From: Flaccisagitta enflata
Lineage: Eukaryota
NCBI GenBank assembly: GCA_965153355.1
Contig: OZ231126.1
Span: 38,192,001-38,256,000, forward strand
DNA: 64,000 nt
Direction of reading: 5' to 3'
Part shown: positions 53,277 to 64,000 of the stretch, piece by piece
Layout: every line of letters starts with the position of its first letter
Numbering within the stretch: position 1 is the stretch's first letter
Position numbers and translations under genes: made by a program
The notes under the pieces: model-generated
Databases searched by the model: none
What the model was told of the DNA's origin: nothing
Seen by the model: only the letters and a program-made list of their open reading frames with translations

Positions 53277-56200
53277 TTATGAGTCCAATTCCAGCCGCAC
53301 AAGCTTTGTGCAGTCTTCCATCACGATCTTTCCATCTTGGCGTCGAACATGAGCCCTCCGGACATGAGCTGATGATCCTTCAACACCCATGACGCGTCCT
53401 AAGCTCCAATTGTGACGAGGCAGCGGTTAGTCCATGGCAATGACCATGTCATCAACCGCAAAGTCTCTCGGATCTCGACCATTTGCTTGTGGCGTGAAAG
53501 AAGCGACAAATGTGGAAGCCCTCGATTTCCAAAAGCATCCACACGATTGCCTTGCGCTCCATTGAATCTTAGATGGCGTAAGTTGGCCTTGTTGCACCAG
53601 ATCCCAGAGGGGCACGACCGGATGTTGATGGATTGAGGATGTGATTCGGTGTGAGGGCCTCAGAGTCATTTGGATCATCGCTGAGCGCTGTCCGAGGACG
53701 GCGAGTGAAAATTCCTTCAACTGCGGCGACAGCGGTGTTGGAGGCGTCGGCGTGGAGGATAGCGCCAGTCGAGATGGAAGCAAGATGGCGCTTAAAGAAA
53801 GCGACGATTCTCTCCCACACCCCTCCATAGTGAGGTGTTCTCGGCGTGATGACCCACGAAGGCAGCGCCGCTGCTGAGGTCGGGGAGTTGACAGAGCGGT
53901 TCCAAGCTTCCATTTCCTTCTTGAGGATATTATTGGCGCCGACTAGATTCGTTCCACAGTCTGAAGTGAACCGGCGGATTCCTGGGCGCCTTGCTGCAAA
54001 GCGGATGATTGCATTTACCATCGCATCGGCTGACATGTTGAGAAGCAATTCCACATGGACGGCGCGTGACACGAAACAGGTGAACACTCCGATCCACACC
54101 TTGTGATCAGCACGCCCGTTCATTTTATGACTTTCCTCATGTTGTCCAATCCAGTCTCTGCAAAGACAGGCGCAGGATTGGCGATTTGTGGAAGATTGGC
54201 CATTCTGGTTGCGTTCTTTTTAAAGTTCTTCTGGCATCTGAAGCCCGTGTTGACGACGCTCTTGACAGCCTGAAGACCTTTTGTAATCCACACAAATTGG
54301 AGTAATTGGCACAATGTATGCTTTGCACCCGCGTGAAAATCATTATGATGATAATGGCGAGTTAATGATTTCACATTCTCGTCTTTTGGCGGAAGGATGA
54401 AGGGAAATTTAGCGTCATGTGCGATGTCAGCATTCTCCAATGGCTGCGGCAGCGAAGGATGCCATCGTCGTGGCGAAAGGTTCAACACCATCTCCTTGTT
54501 TTGATGATGAAGTCACATAACTGAGCTTTCTGGCTTAAAGACTTTTCCCAATTCAAATTGTTCGAAAACGTCGGAGCAATGTTGCCGCTGCAGCGACATG
54601 ACGAGCTGTTTGCGCGCCTCCTCCCAGACGTCTTGCGTCACTTCCGGTTTAGGAAGAAGATCCTTTACTGCAATTGGGCAAAAGTATGTCTTTTCCTCTT
54701 GGATATTGTTTCTCCACCTCTTGACTGCAATGAGAACCATGCCGATGATCCGCAATTTCTGCATCCATTTTCCACTGCTGCCAGAAGTATCGCGTCAGCC
54801 ACTTGTTTCTTTTTACTTTCCGGCGCATATAGAGCGGCGACCTGCTGCGAAATAGACGCATCTGGCGATGTTCGTCTTTGGCCGTTGATCTTCAGGAGAG
54901 CAACAAATGCAGGACCATGATGGAATTGACGCCATTTTTAGGCTTCATGGGCCTGGTTCCCACGACTGCAGTGGTCGGCTGGGTTGTTTGTGAGAGTCAG
55001 CCGCGCGCCACTGCGTTGAGGGTCAGACCCACTATGGATCTTGGAGAGACGATTGGCGAAGAATACAGGCCTCGGTTTTGCCGGATTGTAAATCATCTTC
55101 AGTGCCGATTCAGAATCAGACCAAAATCTGCCCCGACAAGATTGTCCAAGTCAATGGTCCTTCCGACGGAGCGTTTGAGCTGCACTGCTTTTTCTGCGGA
55201 TACAATCTCGACTCGTGGAGACGCTGTTGGCCATGATGAAGCACGTTTTGGATTGAGTGGGATGACGTGAGATTTGGAGGCAAGGAATGAAATGTGAACA
55301 TCTCCATCTCGATTGACTTGACGTCGATATGCAACTGCTCCATATCCGCCTTTTGGAGCCGCATCGCAAAAGATCTCGATGTGACTTCCATAATGTCGCT
55401 GTTTGTCGCGCCGCCATTCCACCAGCGTTCAATTCGGTATTGTTTTAGAAGAGGCCAAGATGAAGTGTAGCGGAAGAAAGATTCCTCGACGCTCTCTTCA
55501 GGGCGAGATCATCCCACTCTGGGCTGACAGAGTTGAATGTCATCTCCGATGTATGCACTTGGACTCCAAAACCCCCAATGGATCATAAAGTTTGGCTTGC
55601 ATGGAGACCAATTGACGAGGTGTTTTTGCTCTAAATTTGAATTCCTCGTGCAGATAAAGTATGAAACGTCTTCCGCGGGAAGCCATGGGAACGCCCAGCA
55701 CCAGCCGTGGAACTGTCATCTTGCTTATCTGAGATGGGGTGGCACGTTAGGATCTCCATCCATCAATTGCCGCACATTACTTTTCCACTTCACAAGATCC
55801 ATCCCGCCTTCAGCCATCGCCGCCACTGAATCCACCTTCAGCTGCAGTGCTTCGTCGACCGAATCACCCCACTTCCGTCGTGAAACATAGAAGCCGGCGA
55901 ATAAGATCGTAGACGTTGTAGGGATATTTGGGCCGGATTACTTCAGCATGCTTTCTGACGGTGAAGGACGTGACGAATGAGCTGGATTGGCTGCCGAAGA
56001 CATGTGATAAGAACAGATTCAAAATGGCTATAAATGAAGTCTTGGAGATCTTTGAACCAAAAGAATCTGAACAGATCCGCGTCGTCAGGATGGACGCGGA
56101 TCTGGTGGAAGAACGCCTTTATATCACACATAAGGCGATCTTCCACTGGCCTTTTTACATGAGGATGTCCATCAGAAAGCTGTTCCCTAAGTCATCAATT

Positions 56201-57445
56201 TTGGACCTCCGACGAGCAAATCATTGAGTGAGATCCCGTCGGTCGCCACACGCGCATCGTGGCATACGCGCGTTTTTAACAGCAGCAATTCCACAATATG
56301 AAGTACTTGAAGTACCAGCAGCCTTTGACTTCTCCAATGCCGTCTCATCAAATGGAAATCGACGCTGTCAATCTCAGCTCGCCACCTCCCGTCTGCGTAA
56401 AGCTTCTCGATTTCACGGAAGACTCTTTCTTTGAAGGCTGGATCACGGTTGAAGCTGAGCGTTTCCCAGTTGCAGGCACTTCATCATGATGATCATTGAT
56501 TTCACTCTTCTCAGAATTTCCATGAATTTTCGTGATAGAATTTCCATGTGACAGGAGCAAAATATTTTTTCACCAGTGGGCAAAAATATGTCTTTTCCTC
56601 TAACACTTTGCTGTGTTCTGATATTCTCAAGGGAATCGCCCATCTCCTCTTGCGAGACGATTGATGATGCAAAGTCATGGTAGAAGACGGTCAATGTTGC
56701 TGTGAGGACGCGTTAGTCGAGGATGCGATCGATGCTGTCGTGGAGGACGACATCCGTTGCGATAAGCGTTAGCTTGAAGCAAAGTCTCGCCCCTCTTCCC
56801 CCCGTTTTTCCACATACAGTCCAACCGAATAAACATCTGAAACAAGTCAAGGATCCTGAAGGCCCTCTCGAGCGGATTTCTGGCGTATCCGCATGCGCCC
56901 GCTCGATGATCATCATAACGCCGCCTTCTGCCTCTGGAAACTTTATATCTCTGATGTGTGGTTGGTCGGATAGGTCGCGGAGAAAAGGAGGAATGTCGCG
57001 TTCGCTCGTTAACAAGTCACCCTCCAACGCGTCGTTGGCGTCGGCGACATATTCATAATCGACCGATTGCATGGTGAATGATGCGATGAAACGATCCTCA
57101 ACAACACGATTTCCCACAGTAATCACCGTCATTTGCGCTGTTTTTGTTGGAATCAAGGCTGCGACAGCGTGGTACTGATCACGCCGATAAGCGATCCCGG
57201 CGTCTGGAGTACGATCATAGCGTCATCGTCCTCTGCGCACCCGAAGAATTGTTTATGAGCACTGGAACAATCGGGCGGACGCGTCGTCCGAATGAAGGCG
57301 GACCGCAGCGTTGCCGTCGCCGCCAGTCATGCCGTGACGTTAGAAGAGATCACTTCCGTAGGATTGGCTGCAACTCCGCCGTCGACGGAGCTGTTGGTGC
57401 TGCTGCAGCCGCATCCTCTGACTTGTTGAAGGAGCCAGCGGTACT
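53277..57445 (-). pseudogene. pol: BEL/Pao pol (protease, RT, RNase H, integrase), frameshifted and deleted
   Basis: LFGWTVCG (post-protease), CDIKAFFHQIRVHPDDADLFRFFW (RT), IFCDAA..GYGAVAY..FLASKSHVIP (Pao RNase H), HYHH..FHAG, FAETGLD, VFTCFVSRAVHVEL, SDCGTN, PHYGGVWER, LTPNHIL, WSLGRV (integrase and C-terminal domain). Confidence 0.9.
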
Positions 57446-60400
57446 TTATTTCCTGCTTATTCTCTCCTTTCTTCTCTTCCTTTTCTTCTTTCTTGTAGGT
57501 GCGCCCGTGAGAATCGTGGCATGCCGCTTCTTGCAGATCTGGCAAGTTGGTCTGTTCGCGCATCCTTTGGCGTTGTGTCCTGGCGCGAGGCAGTGGAAGC
57601 ACAGACGACGAGACATGATCTTTTGAACTCTCGCGTCCACTTCCAACTCTAACAGCTGATGACACTCTTCTGTTTGATGCATTCCACTGCAGACGTTGCA
57701 GCGGTCCATCGACTGCATCTTTTGCTTGCCATTGGTCAAAGCATCCTCATATGATGATGGCGCTTCTTTTTCTGTAGTTGCGACTGCTGCCACTGATGCT
57801 GTTTTGCAGCTTGCGCCTTTGTTGCGCTGAATCACCGCCCATGTCTCGATCATGTTGACCAAGTTGTCGAATGAAAATAATTGTCCATTTTGGGCCGCTT
57901 CATGTTGCTTTTCCCAGAATTTATCTGCAAGATGAGGGACCCTCTTATTGAGGATCTCCTGCAGCAGCTCGTCACGATAGCATTGTTGCACTTCTCCACA
58001 GGTCCTCGCAATCTTCTTTGCTTTTTGCAACCTTGCAGACAAATTGAAATGCCTTGCATGGTCGGCCGACTGGATCTTCGCCTCCGCGGCGATTTCGTTA
58101 AACAGCGCCGCAATGTTGCAGCGCCTTGCCATGAAGACGGCGTCCATTTTTTCGAAAGCGTCGTCAATCTCTCCTCTTGCTGTCGCTTCAGTTGCACCAA
58201 TCGTCGCAGTTTCAATGATTTCCTTTGCCGGACCAGCAAACCACTTGGGCAATTCCAATAAAATGTCCATCTGCGTCAAGCCTTCATGCTTTTCAGCATC
58301 TTTAAACTTCCTCTTCCACATCATGAAATCAGTGGATGAGAAGCTCCTGCAGAGGCTTCTCAGGTCTTGCTCTCCAATGCTTTGAGCCGGCCTCCCTTGC
58401 TCGCATGTGATGGGTTGTCGCGCTCTTTCCAAGAACATGTCCAGAGCCGGATTGTTGGGCATCTGAACGTGGACTTCCGGTTGCGAGGCTGCCAATGTGC
58501 TCCACTTGATGATACGCTGGGGTTTGTTGGAGTAGCGCGTATTGACCCCGACTTTGACCGGAGATCTCTTTTTGGTGGTTTATCCTACAACTTCTTCTTG
58601 CTGATTCATTTGTTGTTGACGATCATCTTGATGGAATCGGGGAGCATCAAAATCTTGGCGGACGTACTGTCGCTTTTGTTGTTCTTCTTTGCGTTGTTTC
58701 TCTTCTTCTCTCGCTGCGGCAAGGTCAAAGTCCTCTGCTGAATCTGCATCTTCAAACTATCCACTTCCTGCTGCAAACGTTGATTCTGCTGGATGACTTC
58801 CGAGAGGCGTTACTGAGGCGCTTGCGCTACTTTGGCGCCTCGCTGCAAATCCACTCATTGTCTTCTTGGGAGCGACTTTTCTTCTCTCCTTATCTTGCAG
58901 CTGCTGTGCCAACTTCGCGTCAGCGGCCTCCTGCTTCTGCCTCCTGCGCATCGCCTCCGTTGCATCACCTCCGCTTCCGGCTGTGTTGAAGATCTTTTCC
59001 TCTTGAAGGAGAGGTCCAGTCTCCCTTCTAGCAGAACCAATCTGCTTCTCGAAGATCACTTCCGGTGCGGTAGGGAGAATCGTTGCCGCTGGGGTTTGAT
59101 GATGCTGATAATGATGCTGTTGCTGTTGCTGAAACCGTTGCTGCTGCCACTGTTGATGTTGAAGCTGCTGCTGCTGGTCAGGATGCTGTTGCTGCTCATT
59201 CTGCTGCTGCAGTTGATGCTGTCGCTGTCCTTGCTGCTGCTGCTGCTCCATCTGTTGCTGCTGCTGCATCGGCTGCTTGACGGACGTTTCCACTGGCTGC
59301 ACATGACGTTGCTGCAAGTTCAAATTGAAGATAGATCGACGGTCCTTTGGCGGATGCTGCGGCTGCTGCTTGTCCAGCTCAGACAGTTGTCTAAGCTTCA
59401 CATCCCGCTGCTCTAAAGCTCCACCAATGCCGCCGTCGTTCAGGCTATTCCAGTGCTTTCGTTGCATTTCTGCCGCATTGTTGAATACTCCTGCCCTTCT
59501 ATCTTCATCTCGCTGCTGCTGCTGGCGAAAGTTACACATTCTGTCGTATAACTCTTTGTCTTCTTGTGATGAGCTTCGCTGTTGGAATCCCAATGGCACC
59601 GCGATCGGCGCCTTTGGAGCTGTTGCTGCACCACCATCTTCACCTTCAGCCATCATGCGCAGACGTTGTTCTGCAAGGCGTTGCTGTCTCGCTTCTTCTG
59701 TTTCTTCACTGACATTCATGCTTTCGACAGGATGGTTATTTAAAGCTGGAGGATCCACTACCACCGCTGGGATCGCGGCGGAAGGTTGCTGTTGTTGCTG
59801 CAGTTGCTGTTGCATACGTTCTCCTGCGTCGTTTTGCCGCTGTTGTTGTTGTTCATGCGGCTGCGTTGCCGGTTGATGTCGTTGCTGCTCTTGTTGTTGT
59901 TGCTGTTGTTGCTGAAGCAGCAAATCTTTCTGATGTTGATGCTGTTGTTGCTGCCGTTGATCGTGTTGTTGCTGTTGTTGAGCCACAGGTTGTGGCGCCG
60001 GCTGCAGGATCTGATGTTGTTGTTGATCTTGCTGACGAAATTGTTGGAGTTGCTGCAACTGCTGCTGCTGCAACAGCTCTTGCTGCTGCCGTTGAGCCGT
60101 CGTTTGCTGCTGCTCCTGTGGTTGGTGGAGTTGACGTTGCTGTTGGAGCTGCTGCTGCTGCATCTGCAATTGATGCTGCTGCTGTTGCTCCTGTTGCTGT
60201 CGCTGCTCCTCCTCCCGTTGTTGCTGCTGCATATCGTCAATCAGGCGACGGCCTTGTCGCATTTCTTCCTCCAACTGCCTACCCCATCTGTCTCTCTCCG
60301 CACTCCTGTTGACGAAGCGTCGCCTCGCCCTCTCCTGCGGCGTCAATCCGTTGATGATCCCGCGGCCTCTTGCGAGAGCATCGGCGTCGTCGAGATCCGC

Positions 60401-61072
60401 AAGCATGTCGTCGGCTTGCTCCATCGGAGACGCACGCGCAGGTTCGATTTCCGACACCAAATCTGAAACCCACTGATTGACGGCATCTCCTCGTTGGATC
60501 GGCGGCAGATTTAAGAATTGACCGCCAGTTGGAGATTGCGCACCATGTCGAGGGACCGGAAGTGGCAGATATTCGGATCCGTCGGGGTTTGGCGAAGACG
60601 TTCGCATCCTTGGAGTTGGAGCGCCATTAACATTGTCACGGGCGGCATGAGTGTCAGTTGGGAGACTGTTCCATGAGAATTCATTGACGGGTCTTTTACG
60701 ATTCCCAATGTCGTTGTGCATTGCGTTCACGATGTCGGCGTTGGAAGGAAAACCCTCTGGATAATTTTCACGATCGAAGAAGCGCATGGAGTTCCATTCG
60801 CGCCGAATTCGACGCAGAGTGGACGCCGCGAATCGAAGAGGGTCGCCGGGCATCGAGTCGAGCGCCATTTGCCTTGCGTATGATATAAAGTCGTAGACCA
60901 TATCCCGAAGGCCGTGTCGAGCGCCGTCTGATTCACATGCGGCGTCGTCGAAATCATTCGTCCCTTCGGTGCACGTGGCAACGGCGTCGAAAAGGCGCCG
61001 GCATCCTTCCATCTCCGCCGTGATGTCGTTCCTCATTGCGCGCAAACGGTTCGACCTCGGACACTGATTCAA
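57446..61072 (-). pseudogene. gag: BEL/Pao gag with a ~860-codon Gln-rich N-terminal extension
   Basis: ORFs 58757-61072 and 57446-58495 are in the same frame, separated by two stops; C-terminal CNVCSGMHQTEEC, CFHCLAPGHNAKGC and CQICKKRH knuckles are typical of BEL/Pao Gag. Confidence 0.8.
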
Positions 61073-61193
61073 ACCGAAGTGAGATACGAGATAGCGTTGA
61101 AGCAGTCGAGGCAGTGTAATTTACTGTGCGGCCGCCACTGTCCAATTTCGTTTTCGGAGGTCAAAGATGGAAATAGTCGAGTCGTTTTTAAAT

Positions 61194-62115
61194 TGTTGAA
61201 ATATAATTTACGCCCACGAGTTTCAACTGGCACTGTCTATGAGCGTCTATCTGACTGACGACTTGTGGTGAAAGAAAGTTGGCCGATTGGAAAATAGGAA
61301 GGCGATCGTCTCGTTTATTCCATAAAAATTTCAACAACTGAAGAGAGGGGATAAAATGAAAGGGAAAGTGGGCGTTAATGGTGATCAGCAAACGCAAAAG
61401 ACAACATGAAATCGAGACAGGACACAATAAAGGACAGAAACAGCACATGACAACATGTTCATCTTCTTCAGAGCCCATGCCACCTGATAATACCTGCCCC
61501 TGCCCCGGCCCATCCCATTAAATTCATCCATATCATCCCCATAGTAAGCTGATCGGGCAAACGATAAAAACCAACTAAAATCCGGCGATAAAAATGCAAA
61601 AATGCAAAAGACAAAAATAACAGACCGGAAGACAAGATAAAAACAATGTTACTAAAAGCAAAGACGCGTATATAAAACTTACTTTTAGGCCCACTTTCGT
61701 TGGTTTCAACCCACAGTCTGTCGAAGTCAAATTAACGTAAATTGTCCGTTCATAAGTTTATCTGAAATAAAAAGATGAGAGATTATTGAAATTAGTAAAT
61801 TCCAAGGGCACATTCAATCAATCACGAAAATCAATCAATCACTTTAGGAAGCAATGCCGTAAATAAAAATAAAAACAATCGATCCAAAATTGGATGACAC
61901 GAAGACGAGTTACGTATGTTTGTTTACGTAATAAAAACAAATGGCATAAAATACAAGGCGCAACCATATGGTTACCCATCTAGCCTTCATTATAAGAAAT
62001 GGCGAGAAACAAAAGACACCGACATTGAATAATAAAGAAAGAAGAAAAGCCAAAAGCACGCAAAAGAAACAAAAGCACACATACTTAATAGACGGACGGA
62101 CATACATTTCTAACA
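61194..62115 (-). repeat. 5' LTR (922 bp)
   Basis: TG...CA with short terminal IR; near-identical to 43020-43593 plus 49596-49758. Confidence 0.9.
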
Positions 62116-62119
62116 CCCT

Positions 62120-62415
62120 CATTCCTAATTTTACTCCTCTTACATCCAACTAATTTACTTTTTACTTTACCCTTTGCCCTAACACACTCATTTCTTGTTT
62201 TACTCCTCTTACATCTAACTAATTGACTCTTACATTCCCCCTATCATTCTCATTGCTAGTTATACTCCTCTTACATCTGACTAATCCACTCTTTACTTCC
62301 TCCCATTCCCCTTACACCCTCTTACTTCCGACTAATTCACTTTTTACTTCCTCCCCTTCGCCCAAACACTCTCTCTCCTAGTTTTACTCCTCTTACGTCC
62401 GACTAATTTACTCTT
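62120..62415 (+). repeat. Degenerate pyrimidine-rich tandem array flanking the LTR
   Basis: About five copies of TTTACTCCTCTTACATC(C/T)(A/G)ACTAATT with variable spacers. Confidence 0.65.
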
Positions 62416-62846
62416 TTTTTTTCGACTTCTCAGCTTTCGAGATTCTCGAGACTTGACCTAATTTCGTCCAACGGAAGTCGTCTCACCGACTTATTGACAT
62501 TTCTGATACAAAGAACAGTGGACAACTAGACAACTGGACAGAAGACAAATACTTTTGGCATATCTTACCCGCCTCTAACGATGGCACCTCTCACATAATT
62601 AAACGAACTGGCAAAATGACCAAAATTGATAGAAATAATGCATTCACTGGGCTGAAATTTGACACAGAGGGGGCTAAAATATAGTATTTTCGCAATCCGG
62701 CGCAAAATTGTGTACCAGGGAAAGTGCGTGGCTCTCAGCATGTTTTATGCCAAAAATCCAGTAAAAGATTTTGACTGATTTTGACAAGTAAATTTTTGAT
62801 GATGAGATAACATAAAACTGCTTAAAATTTACCATGAAATGAATTA

Positions 62847-63192
62847 CCGTATTTCCTCTAATTAACGCCCCCCCTCTAATTAGCGCCCCCCCCCCCTCTT
62901 TTAAAAAAAAATCCCCAAAACTAAGCTTCTCATTCTAGTGAAAATTATAGATACACATAATGAATACACAAATTAATTTTATTTTTTGTTTCTTTTTAGC
63001 TTCATGTGTGGATTTTTCTGTTGAAATCACATATTTTTATCTTTCCCTATCCTAAATCTTCTGTTTTACTTTAATTTTCAGTAATTTTTCTTAGTCTTGC
63101 ATGCTACAGGGGGGCGCTAATTAGAAAGTGAAAAAGGCAATGTCATTTTGCAATTTTGTAAGCGCCCCGGGCGCTAATTAGGGGAAATACGG
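62847..63192. mobile_element. pogo/Tigger-type MITE
   Basis: TA|CCGTATTTCC(T/C)CTAATTA(A/G)CGCCC...GGGCGCTAATTAGGGGAAATACGG|TA. Confidence 0.8.
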
Positions 63193-64000
63193 TAATGTTC
63201 AAATTCCTGTACCACTAATAGACAAAAACGAGTCAACGGTACCAAAATACAGTCATTGACAGCTGCAAAAAGTATCAAAACTCTTTGTCAAATGTAATGG
63301 TTTTAGCAACGAACTTGAAGCTCAACCTTACCTAAATTTGCATGAAATCATTTCATGGGGCTATTTACAGCTATTGGTTGACAAGATTTGAAGTTTTTTT
63401 GTAGCACCCTCATGGGAATAACATGTTTTGATATGATCATTAACCTGGACTCCTGTTTCGGACTTTAAAAACGCAAATATGGACAATTTCTGATCCCAGT
63501 TCGCCTTAATTTGTGAGAGGTGTTAATTTAGTATGCAGCCATTCCCTTTGGGCCTACACCCTCACTCCTTCCCAAAAGGCATACAAATTACAGTGGACCA
63601 ATGCAACGAATCTTACAGACAAATTTCAACTGCCTCTTATGATGGCTCTTAAACTTCAGTCTGCACCCTAAACCCTCATTCCTTCCTAAACTGGATGCTG
63701 ATGCTCTACGAAACCCGGTGATCAATACCCTGAAACAGCAGACGAGTTCTATGATAAGATTCTTATCTACTATTCATCAAACTCGGATTGTAATTTGAGA
63801 GACTGCTTGAAAAACCGAGTGACGCGGGGTCCCAATATCTTCGCGGACGGGTGGGCAGGAGCATACAACACCCACCCCTTTCCAACTCCCTCCTTCACAC
63901 CCCCTCCCATGCCTCGTCCCACATACCCACGGCATCTCAGACTTGATTTCACACTCTCCTACCTGAGCGTGACTGATGGACCAACAGTCGGAAGGATGGA

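Larger units (their letters stand above)
43020..62115 (-). mobile_element. BEL/Pao LTR retrotransposon, decayed internal region
   Basis: 5' LTR 61194-62115 (minus strand TGTTAGAAAT...ATTTCAACA). 3' LTR split into 49596-49758 and 43020-43593. Purine-rich PPT AAAATGGGGCAGAA directly before the TG at 49758. Gag with three Cys/His knuckles and pol order PR-RT-RH-IN. Confidence 0.9.

Noticed and set aside
58832-60466. Leu-rich and Ala/Val-rich plus-strand ORFs that look like membrane proteins
   Set aside because: Antisense shadows of the polyQ Gag extension.
61322-61493. LTR deletion as a spliced-out intron
   Set aside because: Ends in AT rather than AG, and reverse transcription should copy such a loss into both LTRs; a post-insertion deletion is simpler.

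Overview
AT-rich eukaryotic (metazoan, probably invertebrate) genomic DNA, dense in microsatellites and non-autonomous DNA transposons. Host genes, all on the minus strand: a 4-exon DUF4476/PROSER1-like gene with a Pro/Gly-rich tail (5702-7111); a hand-assembled 20-exon, phase-consistent C-terminal half of a divergent SPAG17/PF6-like central-pair gene (8534-34962; 5' half not found in the window); and three exons of a Cys-rich, probably secreted protein (40494-41297). The right third is a decayed BEL/Pao LTR retrotransposon (about 43020-62115, minus) with near-identical LTRs, a very long polyQ Gag N-terminus and an extra decayed non-env ORF after integrase. Its 3' LTR is split by a 6-kb TIR element carrying what looks like a spliced, non-transposase cargo gene. 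Introns of the SPAG17-like gene hold a 6.9-kb hATm-type transposon with an intron-containing transposase remnant, many foldback MITEs (TA, 5-, 8- and 9-bp TSDs; 4-bp-TSD copies lie elsewhere in the window) and DINE-1/HINE-like elements with internal tandem arrays. The most striking observations are an intron that appears to have arisen by tandem duplication of an AG|GT proto-splice site, the cargo-bearing TIR element, and the accessory ORFs of the BEL/Pao element. All homology calls are from recalled motifs read by eye; no database search was run.
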